Assembly: GCA_019873625.1 (NCBI GenBank)
Contig: JAIOAW010000007.1
Coordinates: 13,596-77,595 of the forward strand
Direction of reading: 5' to 3'
From: Chloroflexota bacterium
Lineage (GTDB): Bacteria > Chloroflexota > Anaerolineae > UBA1429
Length of the DNA: 64,000 nt
Every line of letters begins with the position of its first letter. Position 1 is the stretch's first letter. The notes below the pieces were generated by a model, which made no database searches, was not told the origin of the DNA, and was given only the letters and a program-made list of their open reading frames with translations. Positions 48,108 to 57,963 of this stretch are shown in pieces. A program made the translations under genes and the position numbers.

Positions 48108-48722
48108 ATGATCGGGTTGCGCGTGGGGGTGGGGTTGGTGCTGGCGTATCTCTTGGGCGCCTTGCCCGTGGGGTACCTCATCACATTGGCCGTCAAAAAA
48201 GTGGATATTCGCGCCGTAGGGAGCGGGCACACGGGGGGCACCAACGTGCTCCGCGTGGCGGGCGCCCTTCCCGCGGCGCTGACCATCTTGGGCGATGCGG
48301 CCAAGGGGTACGCCGCTGTGGCCGTAAGCAAAGCCTTGGGCGGCACCTGGCCTTGGGCCGCGCCGCTGGGGGGCGTTGCCGCCGTCGTTGGGCACAACTA
48401 TTCGATTTTTCTCGCTTTTAAAGGCGGCGTGGGCACTATGGCCACCCTGGGGGCAGCGCTCGGTTTGATGCCCTGGGGAGGCTTGGGGGCGGCGGCTGCG
48501 GCCCTTGGGGTCATCGCGGGCACGCGCTATGCCTCGCTGGGGTCGCTTACTTTCGCCGCGCTCTTGCCCGTGGCGTGCATCGCGGGGGCGACCTGGGGCG
48601 CCTGGCCGTGGGAGACGCTCGCCTTCACCCTGGCGACGGGCGCCCTTTCGGCCTGGGGGTTGCGCGCTAACATCCGCCGCCTCCGCCAAGGCACGGAACG
48701 CAAAGTCGGCCAACGCGCCTAA
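48108..48722 (+). CDS. plsY: glycerol-3-phosphate acyltransferase PlsY
   Basis: SGHTGGTNVLR...VVGHNYSIFLAFKGGVG are PlsY signature motifs. The ATG at 48108 has an alternative GTG at 48102. Confidence 0.85.
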   Translation: MIGLRVGVGLVLAYLLGALPVGYLITLAVKKVDIRAVGSGHTGGTNVLRVAGALPAALTILGDAAKGYAAVAVSKALGGTWPWAAPLGGVAAVVGHNYSIFLAFKGGVGTMATLGAALGLMPWGGLGAAAAALGVIAGTRYASLGSLTFAALLPVACIAGATWGAWPWETLAFTLATGALSAWGLRANIRRLRQGTERKVGQRA

Positions 48723-48767
48723 GGGTTGCGTTGAAGGGGCCCCCTCTCCTTGGAACGCAGCGCCTTA

Positions 48768-48797
48768 GGGGGCAGGCAGCCGCCTGCCCCCTTTTTG
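48768..48797 (+). terminator. rho-independent terminator after plsY
   Basis: GGGGGCAGGC-agcc-GCCTGCCCCC followed by TTTTT. Confidence 0.6.
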
Positions 48798-48830
48798 TGC
48801 TATTCTTTACGCACGGGCGCCCCAAAAGGC

Positions 48831-48859
48831 TTGACAGCCCTCTTTGCGTATGCTAGGAT
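48831..48859 (+). promoter_or_regulatory. sigma-70 promoter of ftsZ (TTGACA-17-TAGGAT)
   Basis: TTGACA at 48831-48836, a 17-nt spacer, then TAGGAT at 48854-48859. Confidence 0.45.
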
Positions 48860-48897
48860 GGGCCTATCATAACGCCTCTGCGATGGAGAGGGGGAAT

Positions 48898-50001
48898 ATG
48901 GATACCAATTGGGAAAACCTAGGGGACCTGGTCAAGATCAAGGTGGTCGGCGTGGGGGGCGGCGGCTGTAACGCCATCAACCGTATGATGGATGCAGGCG
49001 TTGCCGATGTGGAATTCATCGCCATCAACACCGATGCGGCCGCCCTGGCCCTCTCCAGCGCGCCGATTCGCCTATGCATCGGGAGTAACTTGACGAGGGG
49101 GTTGGGCACGGGGGGCCACCCTGAGATCGGCGCCAAAGCAGCCGAGGAATCCGAAAAAGAGGTGCGCGCCCTCCTCGATGGGGCCGATATGGTCTTTATC
49201 GCCACGGGCCTGGGGGGCGGTACGGGCACCGGCGCCTCGCCCGTCATCGCTGAGATCGCCCAAAGCGAAGGCGCGCTGACCGTGGCTGTGGTGACGCGCC
49301 CCTTTAGTTTCGAGGGGGCCAAGCGCGCCCAGGCGGCGAGTGAGGGCCTCAAAAAACTCAGCGAGCACGTGGATACGCTGATCACCATCCAGAATGACCG
49401 CCTCTTGCAGTTGGTGGATCGGCACGTACCCCTCCAGCAGGCCTTCTCCCTGGCCGATGACATCCTCCGGCAGGGGGTGCAAGCCATCTCCGAACTCATC
49501 AATGCGCCGGGCCTCATCCATGTAGATTTCGCCGATGTGCGGACAATTATGACGAACGGCGGCGCGGCGTTGATGGCCATCGGCCGTGCCTCCGGCGAGG
49601 AGCGCGCCTTGGCCGCCGCCCAGCAGGCCATCACTAGCCCCTTGTTGGATGTGGATATCAGCGGCGCCTTGGGGGTGCTCTTTGTGGTGAAGGGCGGCGA
49701 GGACCTGACGCTCTATGAGGTATCTCAGGCGGCAGATCTCATCTGCAAGACGGCCGCGCCCGATGCGAACATCATCTTTGGCGCGGTGATTGACCCGCAG
49801 ATGCGCGATCAACTGCAGATTACTGTGGTGGCCACAGGGTTTAGCCTCGATCAGCGCGGCCGCACGCAGGCGCGCGAGGTGCCCACATCCCGCGCTCAAC
49901 AGCCGGCGCCTCAAGCCGCCCCCAAGCCCTCCGCGGCCGCCTCCTCGAAACCGTTCGATGTAACCGACCTCGACATCCCGCCCTTCTTGCGGCGCCGATA
50001 A
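48898..50001 (+). CDS. ftsZ: cell division protein FtsZ
   Basis: GVGGGGCNAIN...GLGGGTGTGASPVIAEIA is the tubulin signature. The ATG at 48898 is preceded by GGAGAGGGGG. An alternative ATG lies at 48883. Confidence 0.9.
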   Translation: MDTNWENLGDLVKIKVVGVGGGGCNAINRMMDAGVADVEFIAINTDAAALALSSAPIRLCIGSNLTRGLGTGGHPEIGAKAAEESEKEVRALLDGADMVFIATGLGGGTGTGASPVIAEIAQSEGALTVAVVTRPFSFEGAKRAQAASEGLKKLSEHVDTLITIQNDRLLQLVDRHVPLQQAFSLADDILRQGVQAISELINAPGLIHVDFADVRTIMTNGGAALMAIGRASGEERALAAAQQAITSPLLDVDISGALGVLFVVKGGEDLTLYEVSQAADLICKTAAPDANIIFGAVIDPQMRDQLQITVVATGFSLDQRGRTQAREVPTSRAQQPAPQAAPKPSAAASSKPFDVTDLDIPPFLRRR

Positions 50002-50008
50002 GATACAC

Positions 50009-50033
50009 GGCGCACCGGGCCGCCCGGTGCGCC
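50009..50033. terminator. GC-rich hairpin between convergent ftsZ and aroQ (probable bidirectional terminator)
   Basis: GGCGCACCGGG-ccg-CCCGGTGCGCC, a perfect 11-bp stem. There is no strong U-tract. Confidence 0.4.
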
Positions 50034-50042
50034 GTGAGTTAC

Positions 50043-50501
50043 CTATTCCCCAGGCGCCGATTCCTCGCGATCGCGTGCCAGGAGGGCCTGCAAGGCCAAG
50101 AGGTAGCCGCGCCACCCCAGCCCGCAGATCTGCCCCAGGCAGACGGGCGCAATGAGGCTGCGGCGCCGAAAGGCCTCTCGCGCGTGGATGTTCGAGAGGT
50201 GCACCTCGATGGCGGGGAGGCGGATGGCGGCGAGGGCGTCTCGGATGGCGTAACTGGTGTGCGTATAGGCCCCCGCGTTGATGACGATGCCCCGCGCCCA
50301 GGTTCTTGCCTCCTGAATGGCGTCTATGATGGCCCCTTCATCGTTGCTCTGGATGATGCGGAGCGAGACGCCCTCTTGTTCGGCCCATACGCGGAGGCGC
50401 CGGTTGATCTCCTCAAGCGTCTCGTGGCCATAGATCTCGGGTTCGCGCATGCCGAGGAGGTTCAGGTTCGGGCCGTGGATGACGAGGTATTGCGGGTTCA
50501 T
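50043..50501 (-). CDS. aroQ: type II 3-dehydroquinate dehydratase
   Basis: [25 protein letters not shown]...[12 protein letters not shown] are AroQ type II motifs. Confidence 0.85.
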   Translation of the reverse strand: MNPQYLVIHGPNLNLLGMREPEIYGHETLEEINRRLRVWAEQEGVSLRIIQSNDEGAIIDAIQEARTWARGIVINAGAYTHTSYAIRDALAAIRLPAIEVHLSNIHAREAFRRRSLIAPVCLGQICGLGWRGYLLALQALLARDREESAPGE

Positions 50502-52075
50502 AGGCGGATCCTTTCTAGCGCCTTGAGCACGAGGGATGGGGGGATATCGCCATCCACCACCACGTCGCCAATGGCGCGGGGCAAGATGAACCGCAAACGG
50601 CTCCCCTGGCGCTTTTTGTCGAGGGCCATCGCGCCATATACGGCCTCGGGGGGATGGCTATCATAGTGCGTGGGGAGGCCGTGCCGTTCGAGCGCGGCGA
50701 GAATGCGCCGGCGCGTCTCTTCTGTGCATAGGCCGCGCAGTTCGGCCAGGTGGGCCGCCGCCGCCAGCCCGATGCTCACCGCGAGGCCGTGATGTAGGCG
50801 ATATTCCGAAAGGACCTCGAAGGCATGGGCAAAGGTATGCCCCAGGTTGAGCACCACGCGGCGGCCCTTCTCATAGGGGTCCTCTTCCACCACGTCTATC
50901 TTGACCTGGAGTTGGCGGCGTAAGACCCAGTTGAGGTCGGGGGAAGCGTTCGCCTCCAGCGCGGCAAAGAGTTCGGGGTCGCCGATGATGCCGTGCTTGA
51001 TGACTTCCGCCATACCGGCGCGGTATTCGATTTCCGGCAGGGTATCGAGGAGGAGAGGGTCGAGGAGCACCAAGAGCGGCTGGACAAAGGCCCCGATGAG
51101 GTTCTTGCCCCGTGGGTGGTCCACGGCCACCTTGCCGCCTACGCTCGCATCGGCCATCCCGAGAAGGGTGGTGGGCACTTGCACGAGCGCCACACCGCGC
51201 ATATAGGTGGCGGCGGCAAAACCGGCCATATCCGTGATGACGCCCCCACCCAGGGCCACCACCACGCCGCTGCGGTCGAGGCCCATTTCGGCAAAGCGGT
51301 CATAGAGGGAAGCGACCGTGGCAAGGGTCTTGTGCTCCTCGCCGGCGGGCAGGTGGATGGCCTCCGCGGAGAGGCCCCAACGCTTCAGGCTTGCCACGGC
51401 CCGCGCGCTGTAGAGCGGCCCCACGTGCTCATCGCTCACCACCACCGCGCGCGTGCGGATACCCGCCTCATACACCAACGCGCCGAGCGCATCCAGCCCG
51501 GCCGCCGCGAGGTGGACGGGATATTCCCCCGTGGGCGTTTTGACGTGCCATAGTTTGGGTTCCGCCCCGTAGCGCGAAGCGATGCGCTCGACGACCTCCG
51601 GCGCCGAAAGGGCCGTCGTATCCACGTGGTGTGGGATGGCCGCATAGGCCGGCTGGCGCTTGGCCCAGAGGGCGCGCAGGCGCTGTTCGGGGTTTTCTCC
51701 CCAGAGCATCGGGCGATCGGCCACGTTTCGCAGGCGGCGCAACAGGGTGGGGATTTCGCAATCCAAACAGATGAGGATGCCCCGGCGGGCGAGCAGGTCT
51801 CGATTCCTCTCATCCACCAGCGCCCCGCCCCCCGTGGCGATGACCAACCCCTCGCGGGCGGCGAGTTCCTCGCACAGGGCGCGCTCCAACTGGCGGAAGG
51901 TGACCTCGCCATAGCGGCGAAAGATCTCGGGGATGCTGCAGCCCGCGCGTTCGGCGATAAGGGCGTCCATATCCACAAAAGGGCGGCCCAGCCGGGCGGC
52001 CACGCCGCGGCCGACGGTCGTCTTGCCGGTGGCCATAAACCCCGTGATGACCAGATTACGCTTGGCGAGGTCCAT
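50498..52075 (-). CDS. aroKB: bifunctional shikimate kinase (N-terminal) / 3-dehydroquinate synthase (C-terminal)
   Basis: N-terminal Walker [10 protein letters not shown] (AroK). The C-terminal roughly 360 aa carry AroB motifs ([20 protein letters not shown], HGxxVxIG). It forms a single ORF. Confidence 0.85.
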   Translation of the reverse strand: MDLAKRNLVITGFMATGKTTVGRGVAARLGRPFVDMDALIAERAGCSIPEIFRRYGEVTFRQLERALCEELAAREGLVIATGGGALVDERNRDLLARRGILICLDCEIPTLLRRLRNVADRPMLWGENPEQRLRALWAKRQPAYAAIPHHVDTTALSAPEVVERIASRYGAEPKLWHVKTPTGEYPVHLAAAGLDALGALVYEAGIRTRAVVVSDEHVGPLYSARAVASLKRWGLSAEAIHLPAGEEHKTLATVASLYDRFAEMGLDRSGVVVALGGGVITDMAGFAAATYMRGVALVQVPTTLLGMADASVGGKVAVDHPRGKNLIGAFVQPLLVLLDPLLLDTLPEIEYRAGMAEVIKHGIIGDPELFAALEANASPDLNWVLRRQLQVKIDVVEEDPYEKGRRVVLNLGHTFAHAFEVLSEYRLHHGLAVSIGLAAAAHLAELRGLCTEETRRRILAALERHGLPTHYDSHPPEAVYGAMALDKKRQGSRLRFILPRAIGDVVVDGDIPPSLVLKALERIRL

Positions 52076-53180
52076 CCTTTAGCCTCCGCAGAATGGTGCT
52101 CAAATCGTCTCCGCCGTAACGCTCCAAGAAGGCATCGGCCAACACCCAGGCCACCATTGCCTCGGCCACCACCGCCGCAGCGGGCACAGCGCATACGTCG
52201 GAACGCTGATACTGGGTGGTTACCGCCTCGCCCGTGGCGAGATCCACCGTGGGGAGGGGTGCCAGCGTGGTGGGGATGGGTTTCATCGCCGCGCGGAGGA
52301 GGAGTGGCTCGCCGTTGGTGATGCCTCCTTCCAACCCGCCGGCGCGGTTGGTATGGCGCACGGGGCCATACGGGCCGGGGTAAAGCGCGTCATGCACGGC
52401 AGTGCCGGGTAGGGCGGCATTCTCGAAGGCGGGACCGATCTCCACGCCCTTGATGGCCGGGATGCTCATCACGGCGTGGGCCAGGCGCGCGTCAAGGCGG
52501 CGATCCCACTGGGCGTAGGAGCCGAGGCCCACCGGCAGGCCCAAGGCCACCACGACGAGGATGCCGCCCAAGGAATCCCCCGCCTGGCGGGCGGCCTCGA
52601 TGCGCTGGCGCATACGAAGGGCGGCGGCCTCGTCGGGGCAGGAGACGTCGGAGGAAAGGGCCAGGGCCAAGCGCTCCTCTAGCGGCATGGCCTCCACCGA
52701 GGCGGTCTCTCCGCCGATCGCCTCCACATAACTGCCCACGACGATGCCCGCCTGGCGCAAGAGGTGTTTGGCCACGGCGCCCGCGGCCACCCGCGCGGCT
52801 GTTTCGCGGGCGCTGGCGCGCTCTGCCACCAGGCGCATATCCTCTAACAAACCGTATTTGCTGGCCCCGGCCAAATCCGCATGGCCGGGGCGGGGGCGCG
52901 TCCACCGGGGGATGGGGCGGTTTCGCCAGTTTTCGTAATCTCGATTGGGGATGAACATCCCAAGCGGTGCGCCGATGGTCTTCCCCTCAACGACCCCGCC
53001 GAGAATCTGCACCTCGTCGCGTTCGATGTGTTGGCGGCCTCCGCGCCCGTAACCGCCCTGGCGGCGGGCGAGGTCGCGGTTGATCTCCTCGGGGGCGATG
53101 GGCAACCCGGCGGGCAGACCATCTACGATGACGGTGAGGCCGGGGCCGTGGCTCTCGCCGGCGGTGAGGAAGCGGAGCAT
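52056..53180 (-). CDS. aroC: chorismate synthase
   Basis: MLRFLTAGESHGPGL...RRQGGYGRGGR are AroC signatures. Confidence 0.9.
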   Translation of the reverse strand: MLRFLTAGESHGPGLTVIVDGLPAGLPIAPEEINRDLARRQGGYGRGGRQHIERDEVQILGGVVEGKTIGAPLGMFIPNRDYENWRNRPIPRWTRPRPGHADLAGASKYGLLEDMRLVAERASARETAARVAAGAVAKHLLRQAGIVVGSYVEAIGGETASVEAMPLEERLALALSSDVSCPDEAAALRMRQRIEAARQAGDSLGGILVVVALGLPVGLGSYAQWDRRLDARLAHAVMSIPAIKGVEIGPAFENAALPGTAVHDALYPGPYGPVRHTNRAGGLEGGITNGEPLLLRAAMKPIPTTLAPLPTVDLATGEAVTTQYQRSDVCAVPAAAVVAEAMVAWVLADAFLERYGGDDLSTILRRLKDGPRQA

Positions 53181-53181
53181 C

Positions 53182-54045
53182 TTACATCCCTCCTAGGGCT
53201 TGTTCGCAGGCGGCGCGCATCACCTCTACCGGCGGTTGGATGCCCGTCCACAGGGCGAAGGATTCCGCCCCTTGGTGTATGAGCATCCCCAGGCCGTTCG
53301 CGGCCTGAGCGCCGGCGGCACGCGCCTGGTGCACAAAATGCGTCTCTCGCGGCGTGTAGATGAGATCGTAGCAAAAGGCCCCTTTGGGGAAGGGAAGGCG
53401 CGCCGGCCAAGGGCTGGCCTCTACCTGAGGCCACATACCCAGAGTCGTCGCGTTGACCACGAGGTCTATCGGCAGGTGTTGCGCAATGGCCTCCGGCGTG
53501 AGCGGCCCGGCCGAAAGGTCAGCCGTGGGGAGGCGCGCGCGCAAGGCGGCGACCAAGGCTTCAGCCCGCGCCACCGTGCGGTTGAGGATACGAACGCTTG
53601 CCCCGACGCTCGCCAGGGCGTATACCACGCTTCGCGCCGCGCCCCCTGCGCCCAACACGAGGGCCGCGCAGCCGGCGGGGTCAAACCCCGCCTCGTGGAG
53701 GGCGCGCAGGAACCCGGCCGCATCCGTATTGTGGCCCAGGATGCCTTCCTCGCGGATGTGGAGCGTGTTGACCGCGCCGATGGCCTCTGCCTCGGGCGTC
53801 AAGGCATCTACCAAGGGGAGGAGCGCCTCTTTATGGGGGACGGTGGCGTTCACCCCGCGCACGCCCAAGGCGCGCAAACCGCGCACCGCCTCCGGCAGGC
53901 GCTCCGGGGGCACCGCGAAGGGCACGTAGCACCAATCCAGGCCGAGCGCGGCAAAAGCAGCGTTATGCATCGCGGGCGAAAGGCTGTGGCCGATGGGCCA
54001 ACCGATGACGCCCGCCACTTGCGTATGGCCCATAATGCGCGGCAT
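53182..54045 (-). CDS. aroE: shikimate dehydrogenase
   Basis: VIGWPIGHSLSPAMHNAAF...NATVPHK...GAGGAARSVVYAL. The true ATG is at 54045 (MPRIMGHTQ). The track ORF carries a spurious 54-aa extension running through the aroA tail. Confidence 0.8.
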   Translation of the reverse strand: MPRIMGHTQVAGVIGWPIGHSLSPAMHNAAFAALGLDWCYVPFAVPPERLPEAVRGLRALGVRGVNATVPHKEALLPLVDALTPEAEAIGAVNTLHIREEGILGHNTDAAGFLRALHEAGFDPAGCAALVLGAGGAARSVVYALASVGASVRILNRTVARAEALVAALRARLPTADLSAGPLTPEAIAQHLPIDLVVNATTLGMWPQVEASPWPARLPFPKGAFCYDLIYTPRETHFVHQARAAGAQAANGLGMLIHQGAESFALWTGIQPPVEVMRAACEQALGGM

Positions 54046-54053
54046 TGAGCGGT

Positions 54054-55355
54054 TCACAGGGCGGCTCCTTCGGTAAGGGTCAAGAGGCACTCTTGAAAAC
54101 CGGGGAAGGAATCGGCGATGCATTCGCTGCCCTGGATGGTCGTCTGCCCCGAGGCGATGAGGCCGGCGATGGCCAAGGTCATTGCCAAACGGTGGTCGCC
54201 GTAACACTCGACCGTGGTGCCCACGAGGGGCGTTGGCCCTTCGATATCAAAACCGTCGTCATACGGCTCGATGTGGGCGCCCAAGGCCCGTAGGGCCGAG
54301 ACGATGGTGGCGATGCGATCGCTCTCTTTGACGCGGAGTTCCGCCGCGTCCCGCACCCGCGTGACGCCCTCGGCCTGGGTGGCCGCCAGGGCCAGGATGG
54401 GGAATTCATCAATCATCCGGGGCACCAGGTCTCCGCCGATGCTCGCGGCCCGCAGGGGCTGGCTCTCGATGAGGAGATCGGCCACGGGTTCGCCGCCCGT
54501 ATCGCGCCTATTCGCCATCTGCACCGAGCCGCCCATCGCAGCGAGGGCATCGAGCAGGCCCGTGCGCGTCGGGTTGATGTTGACGTTCTTTAGGAGAACG
54601 CGGCTATCGGGCACAAGCATCGCCCCTACGATGAAATAGGACGCAGAAGAGAAGTCCCCCGGCACAATGGTCTCCACGGCGTTCAAACGCTCCGCTGGCC
54701 CTTGGAGGGTGTGCCGCAGCCCCTCGGTGCGAACGGCCACCCCCCGCGCCTTCAGCATACGTTCCGTGTGGTCGCGCGAAGGCCCCGGCTCGATGACGGT
54801 CGTCTCCCCTTCAGCATAGAGGCCCGCGAGGAGGAGGCACGATTTGACTTGGGCGCTCGCCACGTTCAGGCGGTGTTCGGCGCCGTGGAGCGCGCCCCCC
54901 TGGATGCTCAGGGGCGGGAACCGCCCCCCCTCGCGCCCCCAAATGTGCGCCCCCATAGCGCGCAAGGGGTCTGCCACGCGATCCATCGGCCGGCGCAAGA
55001 GTTGGGCATCTCCGGTGAGGACGCTGTAAAAGGGCTGCCCCACCAAAAGGCCGGCGAGGAGGCGCATCGTAGTGCCCGAGCGCACGCAGTTGAGGACGTT
55101 CACAGGCTCGCGCCACCCGCGCAGGCCCTTCCCGTGGATGAGCAGTTCGCCCGGCCCGGGCCTCTCGATGAGCACTCCCAAGGCCTGTAGGCAGCCTAGC
55201 GTGGCCTGGCAATCTCCTCCGCTCTGAAAGCCCTCGACGCGCGAGGCGCCTTCGGCGATGGCCCCCAAGAGGAGCGCGCGGTGGGTGATGGATTTATCGC
55301 CGGGGAGGGTAGCCTCTCCGCGCAGGCGAGGCACCGGGTTGACTCGCAATTTCAT
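54054..55355 (-). CDS. aroA: 3-phosphoshikimate 1-carboxyvinyltransferase (EPSP synthase)
   Basis: LPGDKSITHRALLLGAIAEG...GNSGTTMRLL-like motifs. The true ATG at 55355 (MKLRVNP) is preceded by GGAGGTG and overlaps the tyrA stop (ATGA). The track ORF has a 75-aa spurious extension. Confidence 0.85.
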   Translation of the reverse strand: MKLRVNPVPRLRGEATLPGDKSITHRALLLGAIAEGASRVEGFQSGGDCQATLGCLQALGVLIERPGPGELLIHGKGLRGWREPVNVLNCVRSGTTMRLLAGLLVGQPFYSVLTGDAQLLRRPMDRVADPLRAMGAHIWGREGGRFPPLSIQGGALHGAEHRLNVASAQVKSCLLLAGLYAEGETTVIEPGPSRDHTERMLKARGVAVRTEGLRHTLQGPAERLNAVETIVPGDFSSASYFIVGAMLVPDSRVLLKNVNINPTRTGLLDALAAMGGSVQMANRRDTGGEPVADLLIESQPLRAASIGGDLVPRMIDEFPILALAATQAEGVTRVRDAAELRVKESDRIATIVSALRALGAHIEPYDDGFDIEGPTPLVGTTVECYGDHRLAMTLAIAGLIASGQTTIQGSECIADSFPGFQECLLTLTEGAAL

Positions 55356-56230
55356 GGGAACACCTCCATTCGTCGCTGCCGTGCGGCCTCTAGTTTGGCC
55401 TGCAAGGCGCTGAAATCCTGTTGAGCCAAGAGTTCGGCAAGCGTTGCGAGTTCGCCTTGGGCGGTCCGCAGGGCGGCAAGGATCGGCTCGCGGTTCGTGA
55501 TGAGGATATCCAGCATCATCTCCACGTTCGTTGCCGCCAGGCGGCTCGTATCTCGAAAGCCGCTGGCGGCGAGCGCCCAAAGGAGCGCATCCCCTTCGGC
55601 AAGGCGTTCGGCAGAAAGGACGAGCGCGATGGAAAGGAGATAGGGCAAGTGGCTGATGGCCGCGACCAAAGCGTCATGCCGGGCGGGGTCAAGCACTAAA
55701 GGGCGCGCCCCCACGGCGCGCACCATTTCCTCGGCCAGGGCCAGGGCCTCGGGCGCCGTGCGCTCCAAGGGCGAAAGGACGAATACGCGGTCTTGATAGA
55801 GGTCCGGTTCGGCCATAGCCAAGCCAGAGGTCTCTTTGCCGCACATCGGGTGCGCGCCGATGGGCTGGACGTGCGGCGGCAGGGCCTCCATCGCTTGGCA
55901 GATGGCCCGCTTGGTGCTGCCCACATCGAGGAGGACGCACCCCGGCTTGAGGAGCGGCCCGATTTCGGCGATGCGGGCCAAGATATCGCGCACGGGCGTG
56001 GCGAGCACCACGAGGTCCGCCTCTCGCACGCCTGCGGCGAGGTCCGTCTCCCCTTGGTGGATGATGCGCAGGGCGAGCGCCGTGCGGAGGGTGCTCGGCC
56101 GGCGGGCGATGCCCACGATGCGTCGGCAGGCGCGCCGCGCACTGAGCGCGGCGGCAAGCGACCCGCCCATCAGCCCCAACCCTACGATGGCCACCTGGGC
56201 CTCTGACAAGGGCACTGGCATAGCCCTCAC
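55352..56230 (-). CDS. tyrA: prephenate dehydrogenase
   Basis: The Rossmann motif [14 protein letters not shown] and the TyrA/arogenate dehydrogenase family. A GTG start at 56230 overlaps the upstream TGA (GTGA). An alternative ATG lies at 56221. Confidence 0.75.
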   Translation of the reverse strand: MRAMPVPLSEAQVAIVGLGLMGGSLAAALSARRACRRIVGIARRPSTLRTALALRIIHQGETDLAAGVREADLVVLATPVRDILARIAEIGPLLKPGCVLLDVGSTKRAICQAMEALPPHVQPIGAHPMCGKETSGLAMAEPDLYQDRVFVLSPLERTAPEALALAEEMVRAVGARPLVLDPARHDALVAAISHLPYLLSIALVLSAERLAEGDALLWALAASGFRDTSRLAATNVEMMLDILITNREPILAALRTAQGELATLAELLAQQDFSALQAKLEAARQRRMEVFP

Positions 56231-57246
56231 CCCTCCACCGTACGCCCGACGGCCTCGGCCACCTGGCGCGCCCGCGCCACCATCTCGGCAAAGCGCTCGG
56301 GCCGCAGAGATTGGGCGCCGTCGGAAAGGGCCTTATCGGGGTGGGGGTGCACTTCCACCTCCAGCCCATCGGCGCCGGCGGCGATGGCCGCGAGTGAGAG
56401 GGAGGTTACCCATTCCCAACGGCCGGCGGCGTGGCTCGGATCCACTACCACGGGCAGGTGTGTCGTCTCTTTGAGGACGGGTACGGCGCTGATATCCAGC
56501 GTGTTGCGGGTGTACGGCTCAAAGGTGCGGATGCCCCGTTCGCACAGGATGACGCGATAGTTCCCGTGCGAAAGGATGTACTCCGCGGACATCAACAGTT
56601 CTTCCATAGTGGACATCATCCCGCGTTTGAGGAGCACGGGCCTGCCCAGGGCGCCCAAGGCGTGAAGGAGGTTGTAATTCTGCATATTGCGGGTGCCCAC
56701 TTGGAGGATATCGGCCACCTCAGCCACCATAGGCACTTGCTCGGGGGCCATCACCTCGGTGATGACGGGCAAGCCCGTGGCCGCCTTGGCCTCGGCGAGG
56801 AGTTCCAGCCCCTTGTAGCCCAACCCTTGGAAACTGTACGGCGAGGTGCGCGGCTTGAAGGCCCCGCCGCGCAGGATGTGCGCCCCCGCCTCTTTGACGG
56901 CTTGGGCCGTCTCTAGAATCTGTTCGCGGCTCTCCACGGCGCACGGCCCGGCGATGATGACCACGCTGCGATCGCCGATGCGCACACCGTTGATGGGCAC
57001 GATGGTATTTTCGGGGTGAAAGTCTCGGCTGGCCAGTTTGTAAGGCTTGAGGATGCGGACGACCTTTTCGACGCCATCCATCAGGCGAAAGACGGAATCG
57101 TCTATGGGGCGCTCATCGCCGATGACCCCGATAATCGTCCGCTCCTGGCCCTCGGAGAGGTGTGGGCGGAACCCTAATTCGTGCACCCGGCGGACGACGG
57201 CTTGAATCTGCTCTTTGGTGGCGCCATTTTGCATCACGACAATCAT
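56227..57246 (-). CDS. aroF: 3-deoxy-7-phosphoheptulonate (DAHP) synthase, type I-beta (AroF/KDO8PS-like) with N-terminal ferredoxin-like regulatory domain
   Basis: The catalytic core (GPCAVES...[11 protein letters not shown]...) is preceded by a roughly 70-aa N-terminal domain, as in the Thermotoga/Bacillus type DAHPS. The start overlaps the aroH stop (ATGA). Confidence 0.8.
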   Translation of the reverse strand: MIVVMQNGATKEQIQAVVRRVHELGFRPHLSEGQERTIIGVIGDERPIDDSVFRLMDGVEKVVRILKPYKLASRDFHPENTIVPINGVRIGDRSVVIIAGPCAVESREQILETAQAVKEAGAHILRGGAFKPRTSPYSFQGLGYKGLELLAEAKAATGLPVITEVMAPEQVPMVAEVADILQVGTRNMQNYNLLHALGALGRPVLLKRGMMSTMEELLMSAEYILSHGNYRVILCERGIRTFEPYTRNTLDISAVPVLKETTHLPVVVDPSHAAGRWEWVTSLSLAAIAAGADGLEVEVHPHPDKALSDGAQSLRPERFAEMVARARQVAEAVGRTVEG

Positions 57247-57641
57247 CGTTCTTTCTCCTTTCCTTGTGGGGGAGGGTCTTGCCCGAGGAGGTCTGGGCGC
57301 AGGGCGCGCGCCTCACGCTGGTAAACGTGGATGATCTCATCCTGAGGTTTCTCAGTATTCCATAGGAGGAGGATGCGGATGCACCGCGGCAGGCTGCCCG
57401 GCACGGCGATTTCGACGGCATCCAACAGCGGCACGTGCTGCCAGCCCAATTCGCGGGCGGCGCGCGCGGGGAAAGCGGCGTTCAGGTCTGGGGTGGCGGT
57501 GAAGAAGGCCGCGGCGACGTCGGCGCCGGCGATGCCGTTGGCGCAGATCATCTCCTCCAACAAGGCCCTCGTCGCCCCCAGGATGAGGTCGGCTTCGTTG
57601 GCCGGGGCGGTGGTGGCCCCTCGCACACCTCGTATGGGCAT
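57243..57641 (-). CDS. aroH: monofunctional chorismate mutase, AroH class
   Basis: [12 protein letters not shown]...[53 protein letters not shown] aligns closely with B. subtilis AroH (MMIRGIRGATTV...SATPDLHAVFPAKAVREL...). The ATG at 57641 is preceded by AAAGGAG. Confidence 0.7.
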   Translation of the reverse strand: MPIRGVRGATTAPANEADLILGATRALLEEMICANGIAGADVAAAFFTATPDLNAAFPARAARELGWQHVPLLDAVEIAVPGSLPRCIRILLLWNTEKPQDEIIHVYQREARALRPDLLGQDPPPQGKEKER

Positions 57642-57661
57642 AGATGCTCCTTTCTGCGGCC

Positions 57662-57702
57662 GTAAAATAAAGAGAGCGTGGGGCTTGGCGCTCCACGCTC
57701 TC
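57662..57702 (-). terminator. rho-independent terminator (attenuator) immediately upstream of the aroH RBS
   Basis: Minus strand reads GAGAGCGTGG-agcgccaagcc-CCACGCTCTC followed by TTTATTTTA. It ends 20 nt before the aroH ATG. Confidence 0.6.
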
Positions 57703-57728
57703 GATGTATATGGATTCTGTGATGCTTC

Positions 57729-57908
57729 TTACCTATACCGGCCCCCGTGGAGCGCAGCAGCCCCCGCAAAGTAGCGGGGATAATAAAAGTAGAACGCAAA
57801 CAGGCTGCCCTCGAAGGAGGCACGGGCCGCAGCGGGCAAGCGCGATGCGTTGGCCATCGCACCGTTCAAAAGGTTCATCCGGTTTCGCGTTTTCGCGAGA
57901 TCAACCAT
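57729..57908 (-). CDS. putative Phe/Tyr-rich leader peptide of the aro-operon attenuator
   Basis: 59-codon ORF, MVDLAKTRNRMNLLNGAMANASRLPAAARASFEGSLFAFYFYYPRYFAGAAALHGGRYR*. Eight of eleven consecutive codons are Phe/Tyr. The ATG lies about 20 nt downstream of the predicted TSS, after AGGGTAAGGG. The stop lies 12 nt after the antiterminator arm. Shorter in-frame starts exist at codons 11 and 18. Confidence 0.5.
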   Translation of the reverse strand: MVDLAKTRNRMNLLNGAMANASRLPAAARASFEGSLFAFYFYYPRYFAGAAALHGGRYR

Positions 57909-57935
57909 CGCCCTTACCCTGCGGAAGTTGCTTTT

Positions 57936-57963
57936 AGCATATACGATTTGGCGAAAAAGTCAA
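57936..57963 (-). promoter_or_regulatory. sigma-70-like promoter of the aromatic amino acid super-operon (TTGACT-16-TATGCT)
   Basis: Minus strand reads TTGACT (plus 57958-63), a 16-nt spacer, then TATGCT (plus 57936-41). Confidence 0.4.

Noticed and set aside
57642-57930. T-box riboswitch as the regulator of the aro operon leader
   Set aside because: I searched the leader for the T-box consensus (AAUUAGGGUGGNACCGCG) and a specifier-loop/AG-box arrangement. Nothing resembling it is present. The antiterminator is a simple 10-bp helix, not the 7-nt bulged T-box structure. The F/Y-rich ORF explains the architecture better.
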